From sequence record PX418213.1: a stretch of DNA of 64,000 nt. One strand, 5' to 3'. Shown here piece by piece: positions 19,570-30,238 of the stretch (the stretch's first letter is position 1; the number at the start of each line of letters is the position of its first letter). The notes below the pieces were generated by a model. That model was given only the letters and a program-made list of their open reading frames with translations. It was not told where the DNA came from and did no database searches. This DNA comes from a phage. The translations under genes were made by a program, and so were the position numbers.

Positions 19570-19640
19570 ATATACATAAATTTGAGAGAGAAAGTTTCGG
19601 ATTGATAAGAAAGTCCGAAGCAGAAAAATAAAAATTTTAG

Positions 19641-19670
19641 TTGCTAAATTCTCTCGAAATCTAGTATAAT
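19641..19670 (+). promoter_or_regulatory. sigma70 promoter
   Basis: TTGCTA, 18 nt, TATAAT; leader cataaattcgaggag. Confidence 0.5.
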
Positions 19671-19777
19671 ATATACATAAATTCGAGGAGAAAACAAAAA
19701 TTAAATTCTTCGATTATGAAAAGCTATACTTACTAGCTAGAGGAAATTCCGACCTAATTATTAAGTTATTCAAAAGA

Positions 19778-20062
19778 ATGCTTACAGAGCCTGATGCTCA
19801 CCAATTATTGGTCGGTTCCTCATTCATTTTGAATGAATCAACAATAGTTGATAATCCAAATAAATTGTCTAATAGACAACTGGCAGAATATCTAGGAATT
19901 TTAAGTCTACGAAATTATGCCGAATACAAGTTTACAAACGATCCTAGTTTGGACATACAATATGTTCCAGTATGGATACCACGTTTAGTAATCGACATTA
20001 ACCCACTAATCGCAATTAACAAATCGAAATTAATCTTTAAAGAGGAAATAAAATATGGCTAA
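19778..20062 (+). CDS. hypothetical protein (94 aa)
   Basis: ORF track; weak ribosome-binding site. Confidence 0.3.
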   Translation: MLTEPDAHQLLVGSSFILNESTIVDNPNKLSNRQLAEYLGILSLRNYAEYKFTNDPSLDIQYVPVWIPRLVIDINPLIAINKSKLIFKEEIKYG

Positions 20063-20828
20063 GTCTTGGGGCGAAACTACTGGCGGTTCTAACGATAAAA
20101 TCGAATTCCTGAAGTTCAACAACGGTATCACTCGTGTTCGTATCGTTTCTGGTGTTCTTCCACGTTATGTTTATTGGCTGACTAATAAAGACGGTAACGC
20201 AGCTCCTTTCGAGTGTCTCCGTTTTAACCGTGACAAAGAGAGCTTTGTTCGTGGTAAAGCTGATCCGGTTCATGAGATGGGCTTCTTCGAGAAAGAGCTG
20301 GATAAAGATGGTAATCGTGTTCCGCTGAAACCGAAGAAAAACTATATCGCTTTTGTTATCGACCGTTCTGATAACAAACTGAAAGTAATGGAAGTCAAGG
20401 CTACTATTCTGAAAGGCATCCAGTCTATCATGAAGCAGTTGAGCCTGGCAACTCCATTTGATATTGATATTTCTATCGAGAAAAAAGGTAAAGGTTTCGA
20501 TACTGAGTATGATGTACAGCAGATTGCTGCTATGCAGTTCCAGATTAAGCTGCAAGATCCTAACAGTGCGGAATCCAAGCAATATGCTGCGGATGTAGAT
20601 CTGATCGGTGAAGCTATGTGTGATGAAGATGGCGACATCATTAAGTTCGAAAAAGTTCCTTCTCTGGAACAAACCTATCCGGTTCCTACCTATGAAGAGC
20701 AGAAAGAAGCAATTCTAGCCTTCATGGAGGGTCGTGAGAATAAAGATGATGATGCCAAATCTGGTAATAGCAATGCAGGCTCCCAGAAAGGTATTGACTC
20801 AGAAGCTGCAAGCGATCTGGACGACTAA
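20055..20828 (+). CDS. putative ssDNA-binding protein
   Basis: Strong AAAGAGGAAA site; highly-expressed-type codon usage; acidic C-terminal tail EAASDLDD as in SSB-type proteins; no diagnostic motif, so tentative. Confidence 0.35.
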   Translation: MAKSWGETTGGSNDKIEFLKFNNGITRVRIVSGVLPRYVYWLTNKDGNAAPFECLRFNRDKESFVRGKADPVHEMGFFEKELDKDGNRVPLKPKKNYIAFVIDRSDNKLKVMEVKATILKGIQSIMKQLSLATPFDIDISIEKKGKGFDTEYDVQQIAAMQFQIKLQDPNSAESKQYAADVDLIGEAMCDEDGDIIKFEKVPSLEQTYPVPTYEEQKEAILAFMEGRENKDDDAKSGNSNAGSQKGIDSEAASDLDD

Positions 20829-20834
20829 TAAATA

Positions 20835-20859
20835 GAGGGGCTTCGGCCCCTTTCTTTTT
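20835..20859 (+). terminator. rho-independent terminator
   Basis: gaggggc-ttcg-gcccct followed by TTTCTTTTT. Confidence 0.65.
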
Positions 20860-20864
20860 AACCA

Positions 20865-21842
20865 ATGAGAATATTATTTAGTGCTGATCATCATATCAAA
20901 CTAGGACAAGATAAAGTTCCAAAGGAATGGCAGAAGCGTCGCTTCCTGATGCTAGGAGAACGGTTAAATGATATATTCCATAATCATAACTGTGATCTTC
21001 ATATTGCTGGTGGTGATATACTTGATGTTGCCGACCCGTCGTCAGAAGAAATAGAACTGCTTGAACAGTTCATGTCAAGACTCGACCATCCAGGTAAAAT
21101 CTTTACTGGAAATCATGAAATGTTAACTAAAACCATTTCATGTCTATATCATTATGCAGGAGTTATTAATAAAGTAACGAGTGGGAAGTGGGAAGTAGTT
21201 ACCAAACCATATCGTTCCCCTGAATTTGATATTGTTCCGTATGATGAAATCCATAAGTCTAAGTGGAAACCATCTGAATCAAAACTATGTTTCACGCATG
21301 TTCGTGGTGAAATCCCTCCACATGTAAAACCAGAAATTGATCTAACTAAGTATAACTGTTATGATACTGTAATTGCTGGCGATTTACATTCTTATACTAA
21401 TAGCCAGACTATCGGGTCTACTAGACTCCTCTACCCAGGATCCCCATTAACTACATCGTTTCATAGAGAACGCACAAAAGGTACAAATGGTTGTTTTATC
21501 ATTGATACCGACACATTAAAAGTAGAATGGATTGAACTCGGTGATTTACCACAACTGATTCGTAAAACAATCGGAGCTGGTGAAGAGATGGAACCTAGTG
21601 ATTATGATCGTGTAGTCTATGAAGTTACTGGTGACGTTGTTCAATTAAAGTCTATTAAAGACTCTGATTTATTAGATAAGAAGATTAACCATCGAGTTAC
21701 TAAAGATGCTAAGTTAAATCTTGTTGATCTTGATATGTTAGGTGAACTTGAACTTTACTTCCGTGAAGTCGAGAAGCTATCTCAAGGCGACATTGATAGA
21801 ATCTTGGCTAGAGCTGCGAAATATGTCAAAGATTACAATTAA
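20865..21842 (+). CDS. SbcD/Mre11-like metallophosphoesterase nuclease
   Basis: Calcineurin-like motifs ADHH, GGDILD, GNHE. Confidence 0.65.
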   Translation: MRILFSADHHIKLGQDKVPKEWQKRRFLMLGERLNDIFHNHNCDLHIAGGDILDVADPSSEEIELLEQFMSRLDHPGKIFTGNHEMLTKTISCLYHYAGVINKVTSGKWEVVTKPYRSPEFDIVPYDEIHKSKWKPSESKLCFTHVRGEIPPHVKPEIDLTKYNCYDTVIAGDLHSYTNSQTIGSTRLLYPGSPLTTSFHRERTKGTNGCFIIDTDTLKVEWIELGDLPQLIRKTIGAGEEMEPSDYDRVVYEVTGDVVQLKSIKDSDLLDKKINHRVTKDAKLNLVDLDMLGELELYFREVEKLSQGDIDRILARAAKYVKDYN

Positions 21843-23661
21843 GACACTAAAATTTAGTAACGTTATGTCTTACGGTAAAGACATCGTAATTCATTTCGAT
21901 AAGAATCCAGTTACTCAACTAATTGGTGGCAATGGGCTAGGGAAATCCACTATTGCTACTGTTATTGAAGAACTATTTTATAATAAGAACTCACGTGGTA
22001 TTAAGAAGGATGCTCTGTTCTCTTGGTCTTCTCCGAAAAAAGAGTATGATATGCACGCTTACTTCTCGAAAGATGAAGATGAGTATGAATTGCATAAAGT
22101 AGTTAAATCAACTGCTAAAGTAACTCTTATTAAGAATGGGGAAGATATTAGTGGGCACACGGCAACTCAAACATACAAGATGATTGAAGAGATTATGGGT
22201 GGTGACTTCCAAACATTCACCAAACTAATTTATCAATCAGTGGGTTCCAATCTAGACTTTCTAAAAGCAACAGACGCAACACGTAAGGCTTTTCTTGTTA
22301 ACTTGTTCAATCAAGAACAGTACAAAGAAATGTCAGAAACTATTAAGGCTGACCGTAAAGAAATAGCAAATACTCTAAATAATTTGCAAGGCCAAATGGC
22401 TGTAATTACGAAAATCCTTAATGGAAAGAATAATCTGGGAACTTTGCAGGAACCTGTAGAAGTACCAGAGTTTGATGAAGAGCCATTAGCACAAGAACTT
22501 ACTGAATCGAAAATTAAGGCGGCATTAGCCAAGTCTCAAGAGGCTAATATTACTAAATTGCGTAATTTGGACAAAGCTGTACAAGTTGCCGAACAATCTT
22601 TCGAGCCTTTCAAAAATTTACCTGCGCCCACTGACCAAAATGAAGAGATCTCGAGTGTTACGCGTGACCTAACGATTGTGACCTCACGTGCGTGCGAAGT
22701 CAAGAAACGTTATCAGAGGTTCAAGCAGGAAGCTTCAAATACTGAATGTCCTACTTGTGGTACTCATCTGGATACAACTGCTGCTCAAAAAGCAATGGAT
22801 ATGGCTAGAACAGAATACGATCCTCTGTTCAAAGAAAAGCAATCTCTTGAAGCTAAGCTAGAACAGCTGAAGAAAGAACAACTTGAGTACGTTGCGTATA
22901 CTAGAGCAAAAGATGCTTTGGATAAGGCAGTAGCAGCTAGAGACGAGTTCAAAAACTCAATGAGTGATGCTTCTTTTGAAGAACTCAATGTGCAAATCCT
23001 ACAGGTGCAAATCCGACAATTAGAACAGGAAATCGCTGATGGCCGTTCTAAGGTTGCAATTGCCAAAGAGCATAACGCAAATGTAGAATTAGCCAATGCA
23101 AAATATAAAGCGAAACTAGAACAGATTGAGAAAGCTGAGGCAGAAATGTCTGAGATTACTTCCAAACTGGATGAAGTATCAGAAGCTGTTGCTGATCTCG
23201 ATATTCTGATCGCCGCATTGAAAAATCTGGTAGGGTATAAGCTAGAGCATAGTGTGAAAGTATTTGAAGAACTAATTAATAAATACCTTTCCATTATGAC
23301 TGGCGGTAAGTTCGCACTTGGATTTGAACTTGATGAAACAAAATTACAAGTAGTAATTTTCAATGATGGAAACCGTACCAGTATGGAGAACTGCTCTACT
23401 GGTCAGCAAAGTCGAATCAACCTAGCAACTCTGTTAGCTATTCGAATGCTGCTAACATCTATTAGTAAAGTTAATATTAATCTTCTATTCCTTGATGAAG
23501 TAATTAGCTTTATTGATACTAAAGGACTTGATACCCTTGTTGAATTGTTAAATGAGGAAGAAAGCCTAAATTCTATCATTGTTTCTCATGGGCATACGCA
23601 TCCATTAGCCCATAAGATTACTGTCAAAAAAGATGCAGAAGGATTTTCCTACTTAGAATAA
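21823..23661 (+). CDS. SbcC/Rad50-like ATPase
   Basis: Walker A GGNGLGKST, long coiled-coil middle, C-terminal LLFLDE Walker B region; ATG 21823 chosen over ORF track 21742, which overlaps the nuclease gene by 100 nt. Confidence 0.65.
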   Translation: MSKITIKTLKFSNVMSYGKDIVIHFDKNPVTQLIGGNGLGKSTIATVIEELFYNKNSRGIKKDALFSWSSPKKEYDMHAYFSKDEDEYELHKVVKSTAKVTLIKNGEDISGHTATQTYKMIEEIMGGDFQTFTKLIYQSVGSNLDFLKATDATRKAFLVNLFNQEQYKEMSETIKADRKEIANTLNNLQGQMAVITKILNGKNNLGTLQEPVEVPEFDEEPLAQELTESKIKAALAKSQEANITKLRNLDKAVQVAEQSFEPFKNLPAPTDQNEEISSVTRDLTIVTSRACEVKKRYQRFKQEASNTECPTCGTHLDTTAAQKAMDMARTEYDPLFKEKQSLEAKLEQLKKEQLEYVAYTRAKDALDKAVAARDEFKNSMSDASFEELNVQILQVQIRQLEQEIADGRSKVAIAKEHNANVELANAKYKAKLEQIEKAEAEMSEITSKLDEVSEAVADLDILIAALKNLVGYKLEHSVKVFEELINKYLSIMTGGKFALGFELDETKLQVVIFNDGNRTSMENCSTGQQSRINLATLLAIRMLLTSISKVNINLLFLDEVISFIDTKGLDTLVELLNEEESLNSIIVSHGHTHPLAHKITVKKDAEGFSYLE

Positions 23662-23664
23662 AAC

Positions 23665-24147
23665 ATGGCTGTAGATAGTAGAGAGAAAGGTAAACGTGGT
23701 GAATATCAGGTAAGAGATATTTTACGTGAACGTACAGGTCTTGAGTGGGAACGTGTTCCTGGCTCTGGTGCTTTTGGCCAGAGCCACGGATTGAAGGGTG
23801 ACATCTACCTTCCACCACAAAGCGGACACATTAGTAAATACTGCTTCGAAGTTAAGTGGTATAAAGATGATAATATATCAAGTAATTTATTTAATGTTGG
23901 TGAATCCACTCTAGAGAAGTGGTGGCAGCAGTGCTCACGTGAAGGTGAGCAGATGAACTCCAAACCTGCATTAATATTCAAAAAAGACAGAGGACAGTGG
24001 TTAATAGCTTTGGATAGCTCAGACCCGATGGTTGACAACTTAATGAGTCGTACCCATATGGTATTAAATAAGAAAGACATGGAAATCGTAATTGGTTTAT
24101 TTGAGCCGTGGCTACATCATGCATCTGTTGAGGACTTAATTAAATAA
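23665..24147 (+). CDS. putative PD-(D/E)XK nuclease
   Basis: GDIY ... FEVK arrangement resembles the PD-(D/E)XK core; tentative. Confidence 0.35.
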   Translation: MAVDSREKGKRGEYQVRDILRERTGLEWERVPGSGAFGQSHGLKGDIYLPPQSGHISKYCFEVKWYKDDNISSNLFNVGESTLEKWWQQCSREGEQMNSKPALIFKKDRGQWLIALDSSDPMVDNLMSRTHMVLNKKDMEIVIGLFEPWLHHASVEDLIK

Positions 24148-25022
24148 TGAGTAAATCCTGGGGAAAATTTATTGAAGAAGAGGAAGCTGAAATGGCTTCC
24201 CGTCGTAACCTAATGATTGTCGATGGAACTAACTTAGGCTTTCGCTTCAAGCATAACAATAGTAAAAAACCATTTGCCTCAAGTTATGTTTCCACTATTC
24301 AATCTCTTGCAAAATCTTATTCTGCTAGAACTACAATAGTTTTAGGAGATAAAGGGAAGTCTGCATTCCGCTTAGAGCATCTCCCAGAGTATAAAGGGAA
24401 TCGAGATGAGAAATACTCGCAGCGTACGGAAGAGGAGAAAGCGTTAGATGAGCAGTTCTTCGAGTATTTGAAAGATGCTTTCGAATTATGTGAAACTACA
24501 TTCCCAACTTTCACTATTCGTGGTGTAGAAGCAGATGATATGGCAGCTTATATTGTTAAGCTGATAGGGCATCTATATGCTCATGTTTGGCTAATTTCTA
24601 CCGATGGTGACTGGGATACTTTATTAACTGATAAAGTTTCTCGCTTCTCTTTCACAACACGTCGTGAATATCATCTTCGTGATATGTATGAACATCATAA
24701 TGTTGACGATGTAGAGCAGTTTATCTCCCTGAAAGCAATTATGGGTGATTTAGGGGATAATATCCGAGGTGTTGAGGGTATTGGGGCAAAGCGTGGGTAT
24801 AATATTATTCGTGAATTTGGTAACGTTCTGGATATTATTGATCAGCTTCCACTGCCTGGAAAACAGAAATATATACAGAATTTAAATGCTTCGGAAGAAT
24901 TGCTTTATCGAAACCTAATTCTGGTTGATTTACCTACCTACTGTGTGGATGCTATTGCTGCTGTAGGTCAAGATGTATTAGATAAATTTACAAAAGATAT
25001 TTTGGAGATTGCAGAACAATGA
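24147..25022 (+). CDS. flap endonuclease / 5'-3' exonuclease
   Basis: N-terminal MIVDGTNLGFRF and FEN-family acidic clusters; 291 aa. Confidence 0.75.
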   Translation: MSKSWGKFIEEEEAEMASRRNLMIVDGTNLGFRFKHNNSKKPFASSYVSTIQSLAKSYSARTTIVLGDKGKSAFRLEHLPEYKGNRDEKYSQRTEEEKALDEQFFEYLKDAFELCETTFPTFTIRGVEADDMAAYIVKLIGHLYAHVWLISTDGDWDTLLTDKVSRFSFTTRREYHLRDMYEHHNVDDVEQFISLKAIMGDLGDNIRGVEGIGAKRGYNIIREFGNVLDIIDQLPLPGKQKYIQNLNASEELLYRNLILVDLPTYCVDAIAAVGQDVLDKFTKDILEIAEQ

Positions 25023-25465
25023 TTAAAATTAAATTAACTCATCCAGATTGTATGCCTAAGATTGGCTCTGAAGATGCCGCAGGTATGGATCTGCGAGCGT
25101 TCTTTGGTACTAACCCTGCTGCAGATTTACGTGCTATTGCACCAGGCAAATCTCTTATGATTGACACCGGTGTCGCGGTAGAAATTCCGCGAGGTTGGTT
25201 CGGTTTGGTAGTTCCTCGTAGCTCCTTAGGTAAGCGTCATCTGATGATTGCAAACACCGCAGGAGTGATTGACTCAGACTATCGTGGAACTATTAAGATG
25301 AACCTTTATAACTATGGTTCTGAAATTCAAACTCTGGAAAATTTTGAAAGACTTTGTCAGCTAGTAGTAGTACCACACTACTCAACTCATAATTTTGAAA
25401 TCGTTGACGAACTAGGGGAGACTAATCGTGGAGAAGGCGGATTTGGAAGTTCAGGAAGCAAATAA
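25019..25465 (+). CDS. dut: dUTP diphosphatase (dUTPase)
   Basis: dUTPase motifs AAGMDLRA, RSSLGKR, GVIDSDYRG. Confidence 0.8.
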   Translation: MIKIKLTHPDCMPKIGSEDAAGMDLRAFFGTNPAADLRAIAPGKSLMIDTGVAVEIPRGWFGLVVPRSSLGKRHLMIANTAGVIDSDYRGTIKMNLYNYGSEIQTLENFERLCQLVVVPHYSTHNFEIVDELGETNRGEGGFGSSGSK

Positions 25466-25691
25466 TTTTACTGATCCTAATATGGTAGGTGTTGATACTA
25501 ATACATCAACTTATCAGATTAAAACTACTGAACCAGAAACGTTTGTGCTAAAAACAGATAAAGAGGGTAATGTTACCTTCTGGGATCCTGAAGGTTTTGT
25601 AGAGCTTTGTACTAATACAGATAATGAGCAGTTAAAATTACTACTAACTATTTATAATCTTGGTATTATAGAAGGTTGTAGAAGCGAATAA
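25428..25691 (+). CDS. hypothetical protein (87 aa)
   Basis: ORF track; overlaps the dUTPase 3' end in another frame. Confidence 0.3.
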   Translation: MEKADLEVQEANNFTDPNMVGVDTNTSTYQIKTTEPETFVLKTDKEGNVTFWDPEGFVELCTNTDNEQLKLLLTIYNLGIIEGCRSE

Positions 25692-25697
25692 TAGAAA

Positions 25698-25734
25698 AAC
25701 CCCAGTGGATTTTGTCCACTGGGGTTTCTTTTTT
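25698..25734. terminator. bidirectional intrinsic terminator between convergent early and late transcription units
   Basis: Perfect 12-bp stem aaccccagtgga / tccactggggtt, A-run upstream and T-run downstream. Confidence 0.7.
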
Positions 25735-28700
25735 ACTGTGCCCTATTTGCTAACAAAGAGTTAACTACTAGAGTTAGGTCTGCAATTTGCTTTTTAAGAT
25801 CAGATACTTCTGATTCTAGAGCTGTGATCCTGCTATCAGATTCTCTGCCTGCTTGTACTAGTAGACCTGTTACAGCAGCATAGTCAACAGAATAGAAACG
25901 TTCCTCGCCAACTAGTTGCTCACCAGTAAGTGTAGGCCCTTCAAGATCTGTATATTTTGTAAATCCACTTACAGCCTCCGGTAGCGCTTCCATCACTTCC
26001 TGAGCTATAACACCAGCGTAAGGCAGCCCATTTTCCTTAAGGGTATAAGTATAACCTTTCATTTTGCGCAATGATTCAGTGGCGTTTTGGATTTCCTCAA
26101 TATTATCCTTCAGATCTCTATCGGATGACTGAGTAATGTTTGTTGCTTCAACTTTTCCATTAACATTAAAAACACGGGATCCATCAGAACTTTGCTGAGC
26201 ATAAAACAAATAACCATCTGGTAGCTTACATTCAACAACAGATGGCCTTCCAGTAGTATTACCCCATAGTAGGATAGTAGCACTTTTTGCTGACGTCTGG
26301 TTATTTTCGTATTTGAATTCACGACCATTACTTCTTCTAACAGAAATACCACTACCATCAGCAAATATTCCGCCGCTATAGTTAGGAGTTCTTAATGTGA
26401 TATTATCACTTACAGTTAGAGTACTGCCGTTCATATCGTTATGTAGGATAACATCCTTAGCAGCCCCACCTTTTCCCACGTACCACAGTCTAGCAGAATC
26501 TGTTCTACATGCTAAATAACCAACTTGAGACGTATCGGTTCCGGTAAGTCTTATTGATAAGGCCTCACCAGCTTTAGCTATCGAAACAGGAACACCAAAA
26601 TCAGCAAATTTATCTGTGATTAATCTGTTCCATGTTCCAATAGTACCACCCTCAATACTTCTAGCCCAGAATTTAGATCCACGACCTACAAACTGGGTAG
26701 CATAATTACCGCTAAACCCTACATGGATACCACCATATACAACATTATTTTCCGGAGTATTAACTTGACCCGCAACACCATAAAATTTATTGATAGTATT
26801 ATGTTGGGTATTCCAGTCTATACCAGTAGAAGATAAAATACCAGAAGGAGCTGAAAAGGTTCCATCCTTATTGAAGTTAAAGAATTTATGGCTAGCAGAA
26901 CTACTCATATCTCTAACAATAATTTGTCCTGCTTCTTCGGTTGCCCTAAACTCACTCTGCCCTACTATGTTATCGTCACTATTTACCAGTTGAGATGTAT
27001 ACGTATTTTTTGTTACAGCATCACCTCTAGCAGAATAACTATTAGCACCGACAACACTACCATTAAAAGTAAAAGAAGGTGCAGTAGCAGAAAAAGCATC
27101 TCCAGTACTAAGGTTATTAGTTAGGGCAAAATTATTAGATAATCCCTGGCGGAAAGGATGGGTAGAGTAGTAACCAGAACCACCACCAGTAAAGTTCAGA
27201 ATATTCTTCACATTACCTTCTGTGTTCCCATCACCCGCATCTGTTACCCCAAACTTAAATTTAACACCGTTAGTACCTAATACATAATCCTCAGTTGGAA
27301 CAATTATCTCAACCTTAGGGTCTGTCATAATATTTACAGGGAATGCCTTATAGTGTACATACACTGCTATATGCTGGGCGTAGTCTTTGTTACTACCCTT
27401 TATACATAAGATCCCTAGTTCATTAGGGTCGTATGTTGTAAACATGCCGTGTGCCATAGTGGGACTATCACTCCAACCCCCACAAGTTACATATCCAGAG
27501 AAAACATTATTGTTCATCTCATGGGACGCAGATCTACCAGGAGTACGCACAAATATAGGTACAGGCGTAATACCATAACCATTGGTACCCCCAGTGTAGA
27601 TTATAACTGGGTAATATTTTCCATCTACAGCACCTGCGGGTGCATTGATAGTCTGGTAATCACCCATAAATCCAGTAGTAGGTATACCTAAATTTCGTTG
27701 GGTTACAGTAAGATCCCTAACAGCTATAGTCTCCGTATTTATCTCATTTGGTACGTATAATTGGCCATTGTGTTTAAAATGGAATGTTTTATAAGATGGA
27801 CCAGTATCTTCCCCCATAACCTGTAGAGTTGCAGCCGCAACCCCATCAGCAAGTTTCTCTGGGTATAGGCGCATACGTACCCTTTGAGTACCATCTGTAG
27901 CTCTTAGATAGCTATTAATAATACCGCCGGCAGCTACAGTACTATCACTATATCCAGTTAAAGCCAAACCAGCAAATAAAGGAGCATGTTGAGAACCTAG
28001 TTCTATAAGCTGTCTACAATAACTAGGATCGTAGCTATTAAGAATAGACCCCCAAGGAGACCACGTTGAAGTACCTGGGTTATAGCTACGTTCATATATT
28101 CTATTAGAACTAAAGGTAATGTATATCTGACAACATCCTGGGGTTCCATTAGCACTATTTTGTAGTACCATTAAGTTTCCAGCTTCTTGAATAGGGTAAT
28201 TACGGGCTGTAGTTGCATTAGCTGATAGGCTCTGGTAGTAGAAACCTGCGTAATCACCATTAAGGTCATTCAAGTTCTGCCCTGTTAAGGTAGAAAATCT
28301 ACGATACATTACTTCTAGATTTCTACGCGCATCAGAAGTATTATTACCGCCAGTACCGCCATGGGATACGTCTAGTGGAATCCACCTTTTTTCTGTGTCA
28401 CTATATGCTCCCCAAGAGTTGTCAGTAAGTCCTAGACGCATAGTCTTAGAAGCATTGTAGACCCAGGTTTCGCTTCCCCACTGATCTAACCTATCAATCT
28501 TCAAGTTTACTTTAGAAGTAGCTACATCTGACAAGCTTATGGCATTACCTATAAAATTTCCATTAATCTGAAAGTTTCCATCAATACTTAATCCTGCGTA
28601 CTTATTAGTATTAGTATCTGATTGTAGGTGTATAGTAACCCATTCTTTGTTATCGCCACGTACTTCGGAGTACAACCTATAGCGTGCCCTCTGTGCACCG

Positions 28701-29812
28701 GAATTATTGTTTAAATATCCACTTATAATACCAGAGGCTGCCCGGGCCTTATCGGACACATTTACTAAATTAACATTCGCAAATTGAGGGTTATTGAGCG
28801 CCCCTAGACCAATTCTAGTTCTGTATGCATCAGAGGATTCAGGTGCATAAAAGGCAGACCATGTAGACCATACAGATTTGGCAGAATCATACCACCTAGA
28901 AAAATAGAAGTCTTGTGTATTATATGGTCTATATATTTGGTGACAACCATCTACTGTATTAGCAGCATTTTTTATTACCTCCAGTGATCCTGCTGCTCTA
29001 ACTGGATAACCTTTTTCTGTGGTAGCAAGGGCATTAGCGGACTGATAATAAAAACCGGCCTGACCCCCTTTAAGAGTATCTAAGTTAGTATCATCTAGGT
29101 TTACTCTTGATTGATGGAATACTTCTAGATTAAGGCGAGCGGCAGATTTATTAGGTATATCATCTAAATTTTGAGATTTAGAAAGAAAATTACTAGGAGC
29201 AACTATATCCGCATATTCCTTAGCCTTTAACTCGCTAGCTTTTGCATTAGTCTCAGAAGTTTTAGCAGCTGTCTCACTAGCCTTTGCCTTAGTTTCTGAA
29301 GTTTTAGCAGCAGATGCAGACGCAGCAGCATTAGTTTCTGAGGTTTTTGCTGCTGAAGCAGAAGCAGCCGCAGCAGTTTTACTACTATTAGCATTAGTCT
29401 CAGAAGTTTTAGCTGCGGTTTCACTAGCTTTTGCGTTAGTCTCTGAAGTTTTTGCAGCTGTCTCGCTAGCTTTTGCATTGGTCTCAGAAGTCTTAGCAGC
29501 TTTAGCACTATTAGCAGAAGCAGTAGCAGAAGAAGCAGACTGAGTTGCAGACTGCTGGGAAGATGCAGCAGAAATTTCTGCTTCATTCTCAGAATCTTTG
29601 GCATTTAGCTCCGACTGTTTAGCATTAATCTCTGATTGTTTAGCTGCTGCAGCAGAAGCTTTGGAGGATTCTATTGCAGTAGTTAGCTCACCAGCAGTGA
29701 TAGAACTAATAGAATTAGAAAGCACAACTGTATACTTAGGATATTTACTTGCAGTTATACTATTCTGGTCCATAGTGACCATTTGCTGTAGAATTATTTT
29801 AGTTATAGCCAT
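25733..29812 (-). CDS. L-shaped tail fibre protein with C-terminal intramolecular chaperone domain
   Basis: 1359 aa; C-terminal SDRDLKDNIEEIQ...GYTYTLKENG segment resembles the self-cleaving chaperone domain of fibre and tailspike proteins; position is last in the tail operon. Confidence 0.7.
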   Translation of the reverse strand: MAITKIILQQMVTMDQNSITASKYPKYTVVLSNSISSITAGELTTAIESSKASAAAAKQSEINAKQSELNAKDSENEAEISAASSQQSATQSASSATASANSAKAAKTSETNAKASETAAKTSETNAKASETAAKTSETNANSSKTAAAASASAAKTSETNAAASASAAKTSETKAKASETAAKTSETNAKASELKAKEYADIVAPSNFLSKSQNLDDIPNKSAARLNLEVFHQSRVNLDDTNLDTLKGGQAGFYYQSANALATTEKGYPVRAAGSLEVIKNAANTVDGCHQIYRPYNTQDFYFSRWYDSAKSVWSTWSAFYAPESSDAYRTRIGLGALNNPQFANVNLVNVSDKARAASGIISGYLNNNSGAQRARYRLYSEVRGDNKEWVTIHLQSDTNTNKYAGLSIDGNFQINGNFIGNAISLSDVATSKVNLKIDRLDQWGSETWVYNASKTMRLGLTDNSWGAYSDTEKRWIPLDVSHGGTGGNNTSDARRNLEVMYRRFSTLTGQNLNDLNGDYAGFYYQSLSANATTARNYPIQEAGNLMVLQNSANGTPGCCQIYITFSSNRIYERSYNPGTSTWSPWGSILNSYDPSYCRQLIELGSQHAPLFAGLALTGYSDSTVAAGGIINSYLRATDGTQRVRMRLYPEKLADGVAAATLQVMGEDTGPSYKTFHFKHNGQLYVPNEINTETIAVRDLTVTQRNLGIPTTGFMGDYQTINAPAGAVDGKYYPVIIYTGGTNGYGITPVPIFVRTPGRSASHEMNNNVFSGYVTCGGWSDSPTMAHGMFTTYDPNELGILCIKGSNKDYAQHIAVYVHYKAFPVNIMTDPKVEIIVPTEDYVLGTNGVKFKFGVTDAGDGNTEGNVKNILNFTGGGSGYYSTHPFRQGLSNNFALTNNLSTGDAFSATAPSFTFNGSVVGANSYSARGDAVTKNTYTSQLVNSDDNIVGQSEFRATEEAGQIIVRDMSSSASHKFFNFNKDGTFSAPSGILSSTGIDWNTQHNTINKFYGVAGQVNTPENNVVYGGIHVGFSGNYATQFVGRGSKFWARSIEGGTIGTWNRLITDKFADFGVPVSIAKAGEALSIRLTGTDTSQVGYLACRTDSARLWYVGKGGAAKDVILHNDMNGSTLTVSDNITLRTPNYSGGIFADGSGISVRRSNGREFKYENNQTSAKSATILLWGNTTGRPSVVECKLPDGYLFYAQQSSDGSRVFNVNGKVEATNITQSSDRDLKDNIEEIQNATESLRKMKGYTYTLKENGLPYAGVIAQEVMEALPEAVSGFTKYTDLEGPTLTGEQLVGEERFYSVDYAAVTGLLVQAGRESDSRITALESEVSDLKKQIADLTLVVNSLLANRAQ
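29226..29520 (-). repeat. in-frame tandem DNA repeats inside the fibre gene
   Basis: Imperfect repeat units (for example gcattagtctcagaagttttagcagc) encoding AAKTSETNAKASET-type repeats. Confidence 0.6.
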
Positions 29813-30234
29813 TATTGAGTTACTCCATCACTAATATAAACCTTGCCTTCCATAATACGGAAAGAACTAGCAGCACTACCAACAGCTGTTCTAGTAATAA
29901 TTACATCATAGTATCCAGCCAATCTCTGTCTAGGGTTATATCTATCTCTTTCTTTGGATGCTTTGGAAGCAATAGTAGTTACAGCACTAACAGGTAGACT
30001 TATAGAGGCTACTCCTTGCGCAGCATCAACAATAGATGTAGTAAAAGATGCTAAAGTTTCAGCCCCATCTTCTAAGCTACTTTTAATACTTCCTCTAAGA
30101 GAAAAGCCAGTAAGATCTACTGGCTTAGATGTAGCAGGATAAACACTATCATCTACATCCATAAATTGCATAAGTAAACCATAAGGTACGTTCTCATCTA
30201 CTACTAAATCAATAACTCTATTTTCTGTACTCAT
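29812..30234 (-). CDS. tail collar protein (p132-like, 140 aa)
   Basis: Position and length within the T5-type tail gene order. Confidence 0.45.
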   Translation of the reverse strand: MSTENRVIDLVVDENVPYGLLMQFMDVDDSVYPATSKPVDLTGFSLRGSIKSSLEDGAETLASFTTSIVDAAQGVASISLPVSAVTTIASKASKERDRYNPRQRLAGYYDVIITRTAVGSAASSFRIMEGKVYISDGVTQ

Positions 30235-30238
30235 TATT

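Noticed and set aside
20037-20672. 211-aa minus-strand ORF overlapping the SSB-like gene
   Set aside because: Opposite strand of a gene with a strong ribosome-binding site and adapted codon usage; no independent support.
22785-23363. 192-aa minus-strand ORF inside the SbcC-like gene
   Set aside because: Antisense to a gene with clear ATPase motifs; Ser-rich low-complexity translation.
29227-29604. 125-aa Leu-rich plus-frame ORF inside the tail-fibre repeat region
   Set aside because: Artefact of the tandem DNA repeats within the fibre gene.
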